Below are positions 10,588 to 21,512 of a stretch of DNA of 64,000 nucleotides, one piece after another. Each line of letters begins with the position of its first letter. Positions within the stretch are counted from its first letter, which is position 1. The notes beneath the pieces are model-generated. The model saw only the letters and a program-made list of their open reading frames with translations, did no database searches and had not been told where the DNA came from. The position numbers were made by a program, and so were the translations under genes. Source of the stretch: an uncultured Alphaproteobacteria bacterium (lineage in GTDB: Bacteria > Pseudomonadota > Alphaproteobacteria > Rhizobiales > Hyphomicrobiaceae); NCBI GenBank assembly GCA_963732525.1, contig CAVSZX010000029.1, positions 3,458-67,457 on the forward strand. The letters run 5' to 3'.

Positions 10588-11246
10588 TCACTTTCGCCTC
10601 AGGTTCGGCTTGGCGACCAGCAGAATGTCGACCCCGTCCTTCAGGATCTCGATGCGCATGCCGGCCGTCTGGGCAATTCTGATAGGTGTAGTAGGCCTGG
10701 ATGCTCATGGCATCGAGCTGCGGCGGATTGCCGGCGACGAAGTCGGTCAGGTACTGCGGTGGGCGCGCGCCGTTGCCCTTGCAGCGCAGCAGGAAGCTCG
10801 GCGTCTCGAACGAGCCGCCCAAGGCCACCTCGATCTCGCCGCCGCTGCGGCAAAGCCGTCACGGAACTGGCCACGAGATTGAGCAGCAACTTGACCTTGT
10901 CCTTGGCCATGTGGCCGGGCGCGCCGCGCCAGTTCAGCTTGTGCTTGCCTTGGGTGATGCCGACGAAGCCGCGCGAGATCTGCTCGGCGGTGCCGAGGTC
11001 GATCATGGCACCGGCGGAGCCCGCGGCGCCAAAGGCAAAGCGCGCGAACTGCAGCCGCGCCGACGCCTGTTCCGTCACATTCCTGATGACGTTCAGGGCA
11101 TAGGTCTTGGCTTGGGCGTCGTCATCCTCGTCGAGGATCTCGAGGCCATTGTAAATGGCGCCGACGGGATTGATGACGTCGTGGCAAATCTTGCTCGAGA
11201 TGAGAGCCGCCAGTTCGAGGTCGGTAGGATTGGCGCGCTGGTTCAT
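10588..11246 (-). CDS. chpT: Histidine phosphotransferase ChpT; apparent frameshifts near 10850 and 10690
   Basis: LELAALISSKICHDVINPVGAI.NGLEIL, ASARLQFARFAFGAAGSAG, KLLLNL, DAMSIQAYYT. Confidence 0.92.
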
Positions 11247-11268
11247 AATATGCCCCATGAAATTGGAC

Positions 11269-11313
11269 TGGCACGACTGAGATTGGCACAACTGAGATTG
11301 GCACGGCTGAAAT
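11269..11313. repeat. Three tandem 15-bp repeats just upstream of chpT
   Basis: TGGCACGACTGAGAT TGGCACAACTGAGAT TGGCACGGCTGAAAT. Confidence 0.9.
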
Positions 11314-11553
11314 GCGGGGGCTCAAGCGCGACAGCGCGACGCGAGCTTCGAGGGCCGCTTGCGAATACATAACCCGCTCTGATACATGCGCAGAGCGCGC
11401 CATGCCAGCCCCGCTTCGATCCTGACCCGTAATGCCCGGCATTTGGGCCGGGGATGGGGCCCGGCAGCAACTATCGGACGATGAAATACGGTCCCGGGCG
11501 CGCTTCAATTCAATTCGTTTTAGGAAAATGAAACTCATGCCGGGTTTGGCCCG

Positions 11554-12397
11554 TTGAACATCTCACTCACCGCCGACGAATTGGCCCGTCGTCTGCTTCC
11601 CGCCGTACTCGAGGCGGGGCGGATGGAGATGAAGCATTTCAGAACCGGCGCTGCCGGTCGAATCGAAGCCCGACCGTTCGCCGGTGACGCTCGCCGATCG
11701 CGAGGCCGAGCGAATTGTGGTCGGGGCCTTGGCGCGTATCGTGCCCGCCGTTCCGGTCATTGCCGAAGAGGCGGCGTCGCAAGGGCTCAACCCCGTTGCG
11801 GGCGCGAGTACTTTCTCGTCGATGCCCTCGACGGCACGCATCTTTTCATTCGCGGCAAGCCGGAGTTCTCCATCAATATCGCGCTCGTTGCCGATGCGGC
11901 GCCGCGTTTCGGACTGATCTACATTCCGCCGACGGGCAAATTGTATCTGACGCGCTCCGACGACAAGTCCTACGTCGCCGACGTGCCGGTGGAGACGAAC
12001 GGTGCCGATTTCGACGCGATTCCGTTCGCGCCGCTCAAGTCGCGTATTGCCGGATCGAGAAAATCTCGTCGCCTTCAACAGCCGCGCCACGGGCGGAGCC
12101 TGCGCCGAGTTCCTGACGTTTCTCGACGTTCGCGAGGCGCGTCCCATCGGCTCGTCGCAGAAGTTCTGTCTCATTGCCGAGGGCCTGGGCGATCTCTACG
12201 CCCGCTTCGGCACCACCTACGAGTGGGATACGGCCGCGGGACAAGCCATTCTGGAAGCCGCCGGCGGCTCGGTCGCGACACTCGACGGGGCGCGGCTGAC
12301 CTACGGCAAAGCGGAGCAGGGCTATCTCAACCCGCATTTCGTCGCCTGGGGCCGTGAGCCGCTGGTCAAGGGATTTCGCCCCGGCCGGGCGGCGTAA
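11554..12397 (+). CDS. cysQ: 3'(2'),5'-bisphosphate nucleotidase CysQ; apparent frameshifts
   Basis: SPVTLADREAE, VIAEE, FLVDALDGT, GSS.KFCLIAEG.GDLY.R, EWDTAAG. Confidence 0.88.
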
Positions 12398-12551
12398 GAG
12401 CCGCCGGTTGGCATCCGATGGCGCACAACGGCCTCGGATCGGTCACACTTTGGCAAAGTTGTCCGCCGAATTTGGGGTACGATTCTTGACGGATTCGAGC
12501 CGGCCAAGCGCGGGGGATCTTGCGTCGGCCTGCAGCAACGAGGGTTCAACT

Positions 12552-13426
12552 ATGCCTGAGACAAATTCAACGCGCTTCCGGCCCGGACATTCCGGCCTTT
12601 TCGGGCTTGCGTTCGCAGCCGCCGCGATGCTGCCGCTCGCCGCCCACGCCGCCGACGGCATGGCCGCGGCTTCAGCCGGCGGCATGACGATCGCTGCTGC
12701 AAGCCGACGACGCCTACCGTCCGGACGAAGTCAGCCCGCCGCGAGAAACCTATGAGCCGGTGCGGCCGCTCGACGGCACGCGCCGGGGCCCGCCGTATCG
12801 CGACAGCTACAGCGGCGGTCGGGCCGATGTGCCGCCGATCGACAACGGCGGGCCCGGCGAGCCTTACGCCGATCCGCCGCCGCGCAGCGAACATTACGAA
12901 CCCGTGCCGCCGCCGGAACAGGGCGGGCCGGCCGAATTCGGGCCGCTACTACTCGCAAAACGAAATCATCCGGACCGGCGGCGGCTTTTTCGGCTCGGTG
13001 AGCAAGGGGCTGGCCGAAGCGGTCGAGTGGGCCTTCCACAAGGCCGGGCGGCCCAACGGCTATATTCTCGGCGAGGACGCAGGCGGCGCCATCGCGGTCG
13101 GCCTGCGCTACGGCGAGGGCACGCTCTATACCAAGGACGCCGGCTCTCATAAGGTCTACTGGCAGGGTCCGAGCGTCGGCTACGATCTGGGAGCGGAAGG
13201 CTCCAAGGTCATGGTTCTGGTTTACAATCTGCGCGATCCATCCGAGATTTACAGCCGCTTCGGCGGCGTCCAGGGTGCCGCCTATCTGGTCGGCGGCGTC
13301 GGCGTACAGCTGCAGAAGTCGGGCGATGTCACCCTTGCCCCTATCCGATCGGGAATTGGCATTCGGCTGGGTGCCAACGTCGGATATTTGAAGTATACGC
13401 GTAATCCGACTTGGAACCCGTTCTGA
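12552..13426 (+). CDS. eipA: DUF1134 envelope integrity protein EipA; apparent frameshifts in the N-terminal linker
   Basis: FFG.VS.GLA, PNGYILGE...GA..VGLRYGEG, YWQGPS.G, G.RLGANVGYLKYT..PTWNPF; chpT/cysQ neighbour. Confidence 0.85.
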
Positions 13427-13517
13427 GTCGATCTCACCGAATGAGCGCGCCGGGCTTGCGGGTACGTCCGCAGGCCGGGCGTTGCCGTGATAAAGCGAGA
13501 CTGCCGGGAACACGCCG

Positions 13518-14918
13518 TTGATCACCGTCTACAATGCCATGCTGGTGACGTTGGGCTTCCTCCTGGCCGCCCTGGTGACGCTGTTCGTGATGCCGGCCTA
13601 CCGCCGCCGCATCGACCGGTTTGCCACCGAGCGCTTGAAGCGGGCGCTGCCGCTGACGGAAGCCGAGATCCGCGCCGACAAGGACCGCATCCGAGCCGAG
13701 TACGCGACACAGATCCACAAACTCGAAGTCAAACTGGAAGAGGCGTCGCTTTCGACCGCTCGCCAGAGCGTCGAGATCAACCGGCGCGAAGCCCGCATTC
13801 ACGATCTCTCGGAGGAGGTCGAGGCCAAGAAGTCGAGCGTCGAAGAGAACGAGAACGCGCGCCGCGTGCTCGAACAGGCGATCATGGACCGCCTGCCCAA
13901 GGTCGAACAGCGCCTTCTCGAAGCCCGCCGCATGCTGCAGCAACGCGACGACGAAATCTCGAAACTGGCCGATACCGCCGGCAAGCAGACGGAAGCCTTG
14001 GAGCAGGCGACGCAGATCAACGCCCAACTCTCCGGCGAGGTCGGCCGCCTCACGACCGCTCTCGAGACGCGAGCCGCCCGCAAGCGCGAATCTATTGGTG
14101 ATCCCCGCTTCGACGGCGAGGTGGCGCTGCGAACCGAAATCGAAACCTTGCGCGCCAAGACGCGCGAGCAGGGGCAATTGCTCGATCGCCTGCAGGACGG
14201 CGGCAAGGCCGTGGTGGACGCGGGCGAAGCGCACTCCGAAGTCGAAAAGCTCAAATCCGCCTTGGCCCGGGCCGAGACCGAGCTGCTGGCCCAGAAGGGC
14301 ACCGGAACGGCCGCGGCCGACGACAAGTTACGCCGTCTCGAAGACGAGAACCGGGCGAAGACTGCGGAAATTTCGAAACTCAAGGCGGCGCTCAAGAGCC
14401 ATGAGGATGCCTCCTCGTCGACAAATGCCGACGATGACGTCGCAGCGCTGAAGGCCGAGATCGCGGCCCTCAAGTCCGAGACCGAGGACAAGGAGCGCTC
14501 GATCAAGCTGCATAGGGCCGAAGCTGCGGCGAGCAACGAGCGTCTGACGCGGCAGGCCCAGCATTTCCGCGACGAGATTCGCCGCTTGAGCGCGTCGGCC
14601 GAGAGCGGTGCCGGCGACGAACGGCGAACGCGTTCGATCGAAGCCGCGCGCCGGTCGCTGGCGTCGCGCATTTCCGAACCGCGGGTGCCGCGCATCGACA
14701 CCGCGCACGACGGCGGCGCGAGCGACAACAGTGAAGCGCCGAAAGAGCCGCGGCAGACGCCGTATCTGAAAGCCGTCAACGGCGGCGGCGCAGACACTGC
14801 GGACGCCGCCGTGGCGGAAGCGCCGGCCGCTATCGAAGGCGGCGCGCAGGAGACGAGGGCCTCGCCCCGGCGCACGCGGCTCCTGGACCGTATCTCCAAG
14901 ATCGACAAGTCGAGCTGA
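13518..14918 (+). CDS. Membrane-anchored long coiled-coil protein (possibly RgsA-like)
   Basis: N-terminal TM LGFLLAALVTLFVMPA then PLTEAEIRADKDRIRAE and about 300 aa of heptads. Confidence 0.7.
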   Translation: MITVYNAMLVTLGFLLAALVTLFVMPAYRRRIDRFATERLKRALPLTEAEIRADKDRIRAEYATQIHKLEVKLEEASLSTARQSVEINRREARIHDLSEEVEAKKSSVEENENARRVLEQAIMDRLPKVEQRLLEARRMLQQRDDEISKLADTAGKQTEALEQATQINAQLSGEVGRLTTALETRAARKRESIGDPRFDGEVALRTEIETLRAKTREQGQLLDRLQDGGKAVVDAGEAHSEVEKLKSALARAETELLAQKGTGTAAADDKLRRLEDENRAKTAEISKLKAALKSHEDASSSTNADDDVAALKAEIAALKSETEDKERSIKLHRAEAAASNERLTRQAQHFRDEIRRLSASAESGAGDERRTRSIEAARRSLASRISEPRVPRIDTAHDGGASDNSEAPKEPRQTPYLKAVNGGGADTADAAVAEAPAAIEGGAQETRASPRRTRLLDRISKIDKSS

Positions 14919-15159
14919 GCCGGTCTCGATTCCCTTGCCCCGCCGGCGCCGTGCCGTACCCGCCGGAGGTGGGCCGCGGCAATCTGCGGCCCCACAATAC
15001 CGATCGGTAAGGTTGCCGCCGGTTTTTCGAACCAAGCAGAGCTCAGGCTTCGCGAGCTTGAAGGGCTTCGATCCCAAGGGCGCTATTTGTTGTCACATCT
15101 GCTCAGATCGTTAAGCCGGCGTTGCTTCGATCGGGCACAATTCAAAATAGGACAATCCC

Positions 15160-15426
15160 ATGAAGTCTCTTTTCAAGATGATCGCAGTTGCGGCGTTCCT
15201 GTCGTCCGGTGCCGCCATGGCCGCCGAGACCAAGATCGGCGGCTGATGCCGCAACACGGCCAAGGTCACGACGATGAAGCCGGTCAAGGCCGAAACCACT
15301 AAGAAGACCGCGGACAAGGTCGCCCGCAGCGAAAAATCGAAGAAGTGCTCGGCCGACGCCGACGCGCAGCACCTGCACGGCAAGCCGCGCAAGGAATTCC
15401 GCAAGACGTGCATGAAGGCTGCCTGA
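15160..15426 (+). CDS. Small secreted PsiF-repeat-like protein; apparent frameshift near 15240
   Basis: Signal peptide MKSLFKMIAVAAFLSSGAAMA; C-terminus SKKCSADADAQHLHGKPRKEFRKTCMK. Confidence 0.65.
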
Positions 15427-15822
15427 TCTGGCATCCTGCAAGCACGATTGAGGCACACGATCGAGGCACATGGCCGGGCGGCCCTCGAAGGCCCCCGGCG
15501 ATGCGGTTGATTGCACGGCGGGCCTTGCGGTCGCGCCGTGCTTTACAAACTGTGCCGAAATCCGCCGACGGTTTTGCGGCCAGGCCTTGGCGGCGGCTCG
15601 AACGCGGGCGGTTCAAGGGCGGAGAGACGGCGCTTGCGGCCACGACGGGCTGCGTTAGTCTCACGCCTTCTTGGCTGGATGCTCAATTGGCCGCGTAACG
15701 CACAATGCATTGCCGCCCGTGCTTCGGCAGCTTCGCTGTTTGGCTCGTGACAAGCGCGGAAGTGGGGCGGAAAATAGGACCGGCCATGCTTGATGCTTGC
15801 GACGACCTGGGTCACCACCGCC

Positions 15823-16501
15823 ATGCGCATACTCGTTTTGGAAGACGATTCCCAAACGGCAAGCTTCGTTTGCCGCGGGCTCCAGGATGACGGCCACACG
15901 GTCGACGTCGCCATCGATGGCCAGGAGGGCTTGAAACTCGCAGCGGTCCGCGCATACGACGTGCTCGTCATCGATCGCATGTTACCGGGCCTCGACGGCC
16001 TTTCGATCGTCCAGTCGCTCCGGCGCGCCGGAGTCCAGTGTTCGATCCTGTTCATGACGTCGCTCGGCGGTATCGAGGATCGCGTCGAGGGCTTGGAAAG
16101 CGGCGGCGACGACTATCTTGTGAAACCTTTTGCGCTGCCGGAGCTCGTCGCCCGCGTCAACGCGCTCGGCCGCCGTCCCGCCCTGAAGACAGGAAGTGAC
16201 GGTACTTCGCGTCGCCGACCTCGAACTCAATCTCATCAAGCGGGTGGCGACGCGCGGCGGTCAGGCGATCGACCTGCAGCCGCGCGAATTCAAGCTTCTC
16301 GAAGTCCTGATGCGAAACAAGGGCCGCATCCTGACGCGATCGATGCTGCTCGAGCAGGTCTGGGACTTTCACTTCGATCCCAAGACCAGCATCGTCGAAA
16401 CTCATATCAGCCGGCTGCGCGGCAAGCTCGACCGATCGTTCGACAAGCCGCTGATCCGAACTTTGCGCGGCGCGGGCTACAGCATCAATGACCCCGACTA
16501 A
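15823..16501 (+). CDS. OmpR/CusR-type DNA-binding response regulator; apparent frameshift near 16195
   Basis: MRILVLEDD, IDRMLPGLDG, DDYLVKPF, LQPREFKLL, VETHISRLRGK, RTLRGAGY. Confidence 0.92.
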
Positions 16502-17876
16502 GCTCACCCGCCGCACCGCCGTTCGCATCGCGACGCTGTTTGCGGGTCTGTTCACGCTCGCCATGATCGTAATTTTCACGGTGCTCTATTTCGTGATCTC
16601 GAGCGACCTCGGCGAGTACGTTCGCGATCACGTCGATGAGGTTCAGGAAACCATGGCCGCCGTCGGCGAAAGCGGCGGCCGTGACGCGCTCGTCGCCATG
16701 GTCGCCAAGCATGCTGCAGTGGCGCAAGCGGACGAAGACGTCTACCTGCTGACGGACGAGTTCGGCGCCTATCTGGCCGGGAATATCAGGCCGATCCCGA
16801 GGTTCGACGGCTGGCGGACGATCAGCTGGGCGGAACTGCCGTTGACGGGCGAATGGCGGGCGACACGAAAGAGCACGGCGGTGACCGGGAAATGGTCCCG
16901 GGTCAAGGGCGGTTATCTATTCATCGCCGACAGCAACAGCGACGTCGACGATGCCCAACAGATTCTGCTCGACGGACTAGGGTGGGGCGTCGCCCTTACC
17001 GCCATAGCGGCGGTGCTCGGCGGCCTCATACTCGGCCTCGGAACCCAGAGGCGGGTCTCGGCAATGGAGACGGCGCTCGATGCCGTGGCGCAAGGCCAGC
17101 TCGGCGTCAGGGTGCCGCTCAGCGCTGCCGGCGACGATCTCGATCATGTCGCCGCCTTGATCAATACGACGCTCGAACGCCTGCAGAATCTCATCGTCGA
17201 GGTGAAGCAGGTGACGACCGATATTGCGCATGATCTGAAGACGCCGATCGGCCGCATTCGCCAGAAGCTGGAGACGGTTCAGAGCGAGGCCGGCGACCTG
17301 CAGGCGTGCCGCGCGGCCATCGGCGCAGCCTTGGCCGAGATTGACGGCGTCGTCGGTACATTCGAAGCGCTGCTCAGGATCGCCGAGATCGAGGCCGGAG
17401 CGCGCAAGGCGCAATTCGTCGAACTGGATCTGAAGACGATATTGATCGACGTGGCGGATGCGCTCGAACCGGTCGCCGAAGACCACGGCCATACGTTCGA
17501 AAGAAGCCTCGACGGCGCGGCCGCAGCCTGGGTGCGCGGCGACCGGCAGCTGTTGAATCAGCTCTTCGTCAACCTCGTCGAGAATTCGATTCGTCATTGC
17601 CCCAAAGGCTCGCGCATCTGCGTCGGGCTCGCAAACGAGGGAACGCCCGTCGCGCGGATATCGGACAACGGGCCGGGAATACCCGCCGCCGAGCGCGGCA
17701 TGGTGTTCCGCCGGCTCTATCGGCTGGAGAAGAGCCGCACGACGCCGGGGAGCGGTCTTGGCCTCAATCTCGTCGAGGCGATCGCAGCCCTCCACGGCGC
17801 CACGATTTCACTCGACGACAATCATCCCGGTGTCGTCGTGACGTTGCGCTTCGCCAATGCGGCCGATGCGGGCTGA
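16488..17876 (+). CDS. HAMP-domain sensor histidine kinase
   Basis: Two TMs, IAHDLKTP H-box, NLVENSIRH, DNGPGI, GSGLGL. Confidence 0.93.
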   Translation: MTPTKLTRRTAVRIATLFAGLFTLAMIVIFTVLYFVISSDLGEYVRDHVDEVQETMAAVGESGGRDALVAMVAKHAAVAQADEDVYLLTDEFGAYLAGNIRPIPRFDGWRTISWAELPLTGEWRATRKSTAVTGKWSRVKGGYLFIADSNSDVDDAQQILLDGLGWGVALTAIAAVLGGLILGLGTQRRVSAMETALDAVAQGQLGVRVPLSAAGDDLDHVAALINTTLERLQNLIVEVKQVTTDIAHDLKTPIGRIRQKLETVQSEAGDLQACRAAIGAALAEIDGVVGTFEALLRIAEIEAGARKAQFVELDLKTILIDVADALEPVAEDHGHTFERSLDGAAAAWVRGDRQLLNQLFVNLVENSIRHCPKGSRICVGLANEGTPVARISDNGPGIPAAERGMVFRRLYRLEKSRTTPGSGLGLNLVEAIAALHGATISLDDNHPGVVVTLRFANAADAG

Positions 17877-17988
17877 CGGGTTCGAGCGCGCGCGTTGAGA
17901 GTAGGGCGGTGCGGAAAACCGGTTCTGGCCAAGCCTGCGCCGTGTGGCCGATCAGAATGTCCGGTCTGCATCTGGCTGGCGCAATTCG

Positions 17989-18363
17989 TCACTTGGCAAC
18001 GAAGCGCGCCAGGATCGCGTGACCGTCGGCGAGCTTACCCGAAACGACGATCTTCGCGCCCGCATTGAGCGGGCCGTCGGTCTTGCCGGTCAGAAGATTT
18101 GGTTCGGCGGGTGTCAGGCCGACAGTTCGGGATTTGCCCGCGTCCTGGATGACCGCTTTGCCTTCAGCACCCTTGCTCGAGATCGGCGCGTCCTTGTCGT
18201 CGGTCAGATAGATGATGATTTCAGAATCCTTGCTGATGAATTCGACGTGGTGTCCCTTGACGTCGACGATAGCGCCGCCGTGCGGTCCCTTTTCCAGGTC
18301 GTGGGCCATGACGGCACTCGAGGTCAAAAGCAGTGCGGCGGCGATGGCGTGATTGAGGCGCAT
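17989..18363 (-). CDS. Small periplasmic His-containing protein associated with heavy-metal RND pumps
   Basis: Signal peptide then AHDLEKGPHGG...GHHVE; last gene of the RND operon. Confidence 0.75.
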   Translation of the reverse strand: MRLNHAIAAALLLTSSAVMAHDLEKGPHGGAIVDVKGHHVEFISKDSEIIIYLTDDKDAPISSKGAEGKAVIQDAGKSRTVGLTPAEPNLLTGKTDGPLNAGAKIVVSGKLADGHAILARFVAK

Positions 18364-18382
18364 GGGGTGTCCCTTCATCGAT

Positions 18383-21300
18383 CTAGTAGACTTCAGCGGT
18401 GGCAATTCCTGCCTGTGGCTCCCGCGTCAGCCTTTCAAGCGGTTTGCGGCCGAAGGTCAGGAACAAGACGGGGGTCAAGAACGTGTCGAGAAGCGTCGCC
18501 GAAATCAGTCCGCCAAAGATCGTCACGGCCACGGGGTGAAGGATTTCGCGTCCCGGCTCGGCGGCGCCGGCCAGGAGCGGCGTCAAGGCTAAACCGGCCG
18601 CGAGCGCCGTCATCAAGACCGGCGTCAGCCGTTCGAGGCTGCCGCGGATGACGAGATTACGGCCGAAGGTTTCGCCTTCATGGAGCGCCAGATTGATGTA
18701 ATGGCTGACTTTCAGAATGCCATTGCGGGCCGAAATGCCCGCCAAGGTAATAAAGCCGATCATCGAGGCGACGGAGAGCGGCTGGCCGGCAAGATGCAGA
18801 GCCGCAACGCTGCCGATCAACGCCAGCGGAATATTGCCCATGACGATCAGAGCCAGGACGCCCGAGCGATAACGCGAAAACAGCACGACAAAAATCATGG
18901 CCAGCGACACGAGAGACAACGCGGCGATCATACGGGTTGCGTCTTCCTGGGCCTGGAACGACCCTTCGATCTTGGTGGAGTATCCTTGCGGCAGTTTGGT
19001 CGCGGCGACGATCTGGCGGATGTCCGCGACGACGCGCGCCATGTCGGACTTGCCGTCGGTATTTGCAAGCACGGCAATGCGGCGGCGCGTGTTCTCCCGG
19101 GAAATTTGATTGGGCCCTTCGGTCTCTTCGATATTGGCGACCAGCCTGCAGTGGGATCATGCCTTGCGGCGCCGGGATCAACAGATCGCCGAGCCCGGTG
19201 GTGGAGCGATTGGCGTCCGACAACCGCATCACGACGTCGAAGCGCTTGGCGCCGTCGACGATCTGCGACACGGTGCTACCGGCGGACAATCCTTCCAGTG
19301 CGTCCGTGACGGCCGATGCCGTGAGCCCGTACAATGCCGCCCGTTGGTAATCGACCGCGATCCGGACTTGCGGGATCGGCACCTGCTTTTCAACCTGCAG
19401 ATCGGTCAATCCCTTCACCAACGCCAGTTTGTCGCGCAGGGTCTCGCCCAGCGACCTGAGCGTATCGAGATCGTCGCCGTATATCTTGAGCGCGATCTCG
19501 GCGCGTACCCCCGACAGCAGATGGTCGAGCCGATGCGAGATCGGTTGCCCGATGTTGACGGCGGCGGGCAGCGCCGAGAGGCGAAGACGGATGTCGCTTA
19601 TTATCTCGGACTTCGACCGGGCCGAGCGTTTGAGATCGACGTCTATTTCGGAGGAGTGAACGCCCTCGGCATGCTCGTCGAGTTCTGCCCGGCCGGTGCG
19701 GCGGCCGACCGACACGACCTCGGGCACGTCCATCAGGATGCGTTCGGTAATGAGCCCGAGCCGGCTCGATTCCTTCAAGCTGATGCCGGGATTGTAGAGC
19801 ACGTTGATGGTGAGCGTGCCCTCGTTGAAGGGCGGCAAGAAGGCGCGCGGCAGCTGCATGGCCGCCAATGCCGCCAAGACAACCGCAATTGACGTTGCAG
19901 CGAACAAGAGACGAGGCGCATCCATCGCTGCGCTCAGAGCGCGGCGGTTGGCGGATTTCAGGCCGCGAACCAGAAAGCTGTCGCGGTGCTCGGCGCCGCT
20001 GCGCGATCCCAAGAGGTAATAGGCCAGCACCGGCGTCACCGTGATGGACGTCACCAGAGACGCCAGGATCGAGACGATGTAGGCCACCCCCAGCGGAGCG
20101 AACAAGCGGCCCTCGATGCCCGAGAGCGCGAACAGCGGTACGAAGACGAGAATGATGATGCCCGTGGCGTAGACGATGCCGGAACGAACTTCCTGGCTTG
20201 CGGCGGCGATGACGCCCAGTATCGGTTTCGGCGCGGGGCCGCCCGATTTTCACGCAATCGCCGTAGGATGTTTTCGACATCGACCACGGCGTCATCGACC
20301 AACTCGCCGACGGCGATCGCCAAGCCGCCGAGCGTCATGGTGTTGATGGTCATGCCGAGCGCGCTGAAGACGACGACGGTCACCAGAATAGAAATCGGTA
20401 TAGCGATCAGTGAAATGGCGGTGGCGCGCCAGTTGAAGGAGAAACAGGAACAGCACGATGGCAACGACCAGCGGTCGCTTCCAGCAGGGCGCTTCTGACA
20501 TTGGCGATGGAGGATTGAATGAAGTTGGCCTGCCGGAACTGGATGTTGTTGGCCGTCACTCCGGCCGGCATGGTCTTCTGAATTTCGGCGAGTGCCGATT
20601 CGATTTGACGGCTGAGAGCGAGGGTGTCGGCACCGGGCTGCTTCTGCACCGAGATGACGACGGCGGGCTCGCCCTGGTAGCCGGCGTCTCCTCGCTTGAC
20701 ACGTGCCGCATAGTCGACGCTGGCCACCTGGCGCAGGGCAATGACTTGTCCCTGCCGCGTGGCGACGACGAGATTGCGCAAGTCCTCGAGCCGGTTGGTC
20801 AGTCCGACATTTCGGATCAGGAATTCGCGCGAATACTGGTCGACATAACCGCCGCCGGTGTTCTGGCTGAACCGGCGGACGGCCGCCGCGATGTCGTCGG
20901 GCTTGATTTCGATGGCCTGCATGGCGGCGAGATTTGGCGCTATGCGGTACTGGCGAACCTCGCCGCCGATGGGAATCACCTGGGCGACGCCCGGAATGGC
21001 CAGCAGTTGTGGCCTGACGACGAAGTCAGCCAGCTCGCGCAACTCCATCGCTGTGATCGTCTTGGACGATAGCGCCACGAGCATGATCTCGCCCATGATC
21101 GACGTCACGGGGCCCATTTGCGGAGTGACGCGCGGTGGCAGCTGCGGCCCGATCAAAGCCAGCCGCTCGCCGACCTGCTGGCGATTGCGATAAATGTCGC
21201 TCGACCAGTCGAACTCGACGTAGACGATGGAAAGCCCGACGCCGGAGACCGAGCGCACGCGCGTTACGCCCGGTATGCCGTTCATCGCGGTTTCGACCGG

Positions 21301-21501
21301 GAAACTGACGAGCTGCTCGACCTCTTGCGGCGCCAGACCCTCCGCTTCCGTCATGATCGTCACCGACGGCCTGTCGAGGTCGGGAAAGACGTCGACGGGC
21401 AGGCGGGGAAGCAGAAGCGTGCCGTACGCTGCGAGCAGTACGGCCGCCGCCAACACAAAAATCCGGTTTCGGAGGCTGCGGCTGACAAGCCAATTGAACA
21501 T
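18383..21501 (-). CDS. CusA/CzcA family heavy-metal efflux RND permease; several apparent frameshifts
   Basis: [53 protein letters not shown]. Confidence 0.92.
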
Positions 21502-21512
21502 GACGCGCCCCC

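Noticed and set aside
11269-11315. Sigma-54 promoter at the TGGCAC repeats
   Set aside because: No GC at the required 10-nt distance from GG in any unit
15090-15115. Pho box upstream of the PsiF-like gene
   Set aside because: Only one TTGTCAC half-site; no second repeat at 11-bp spacing
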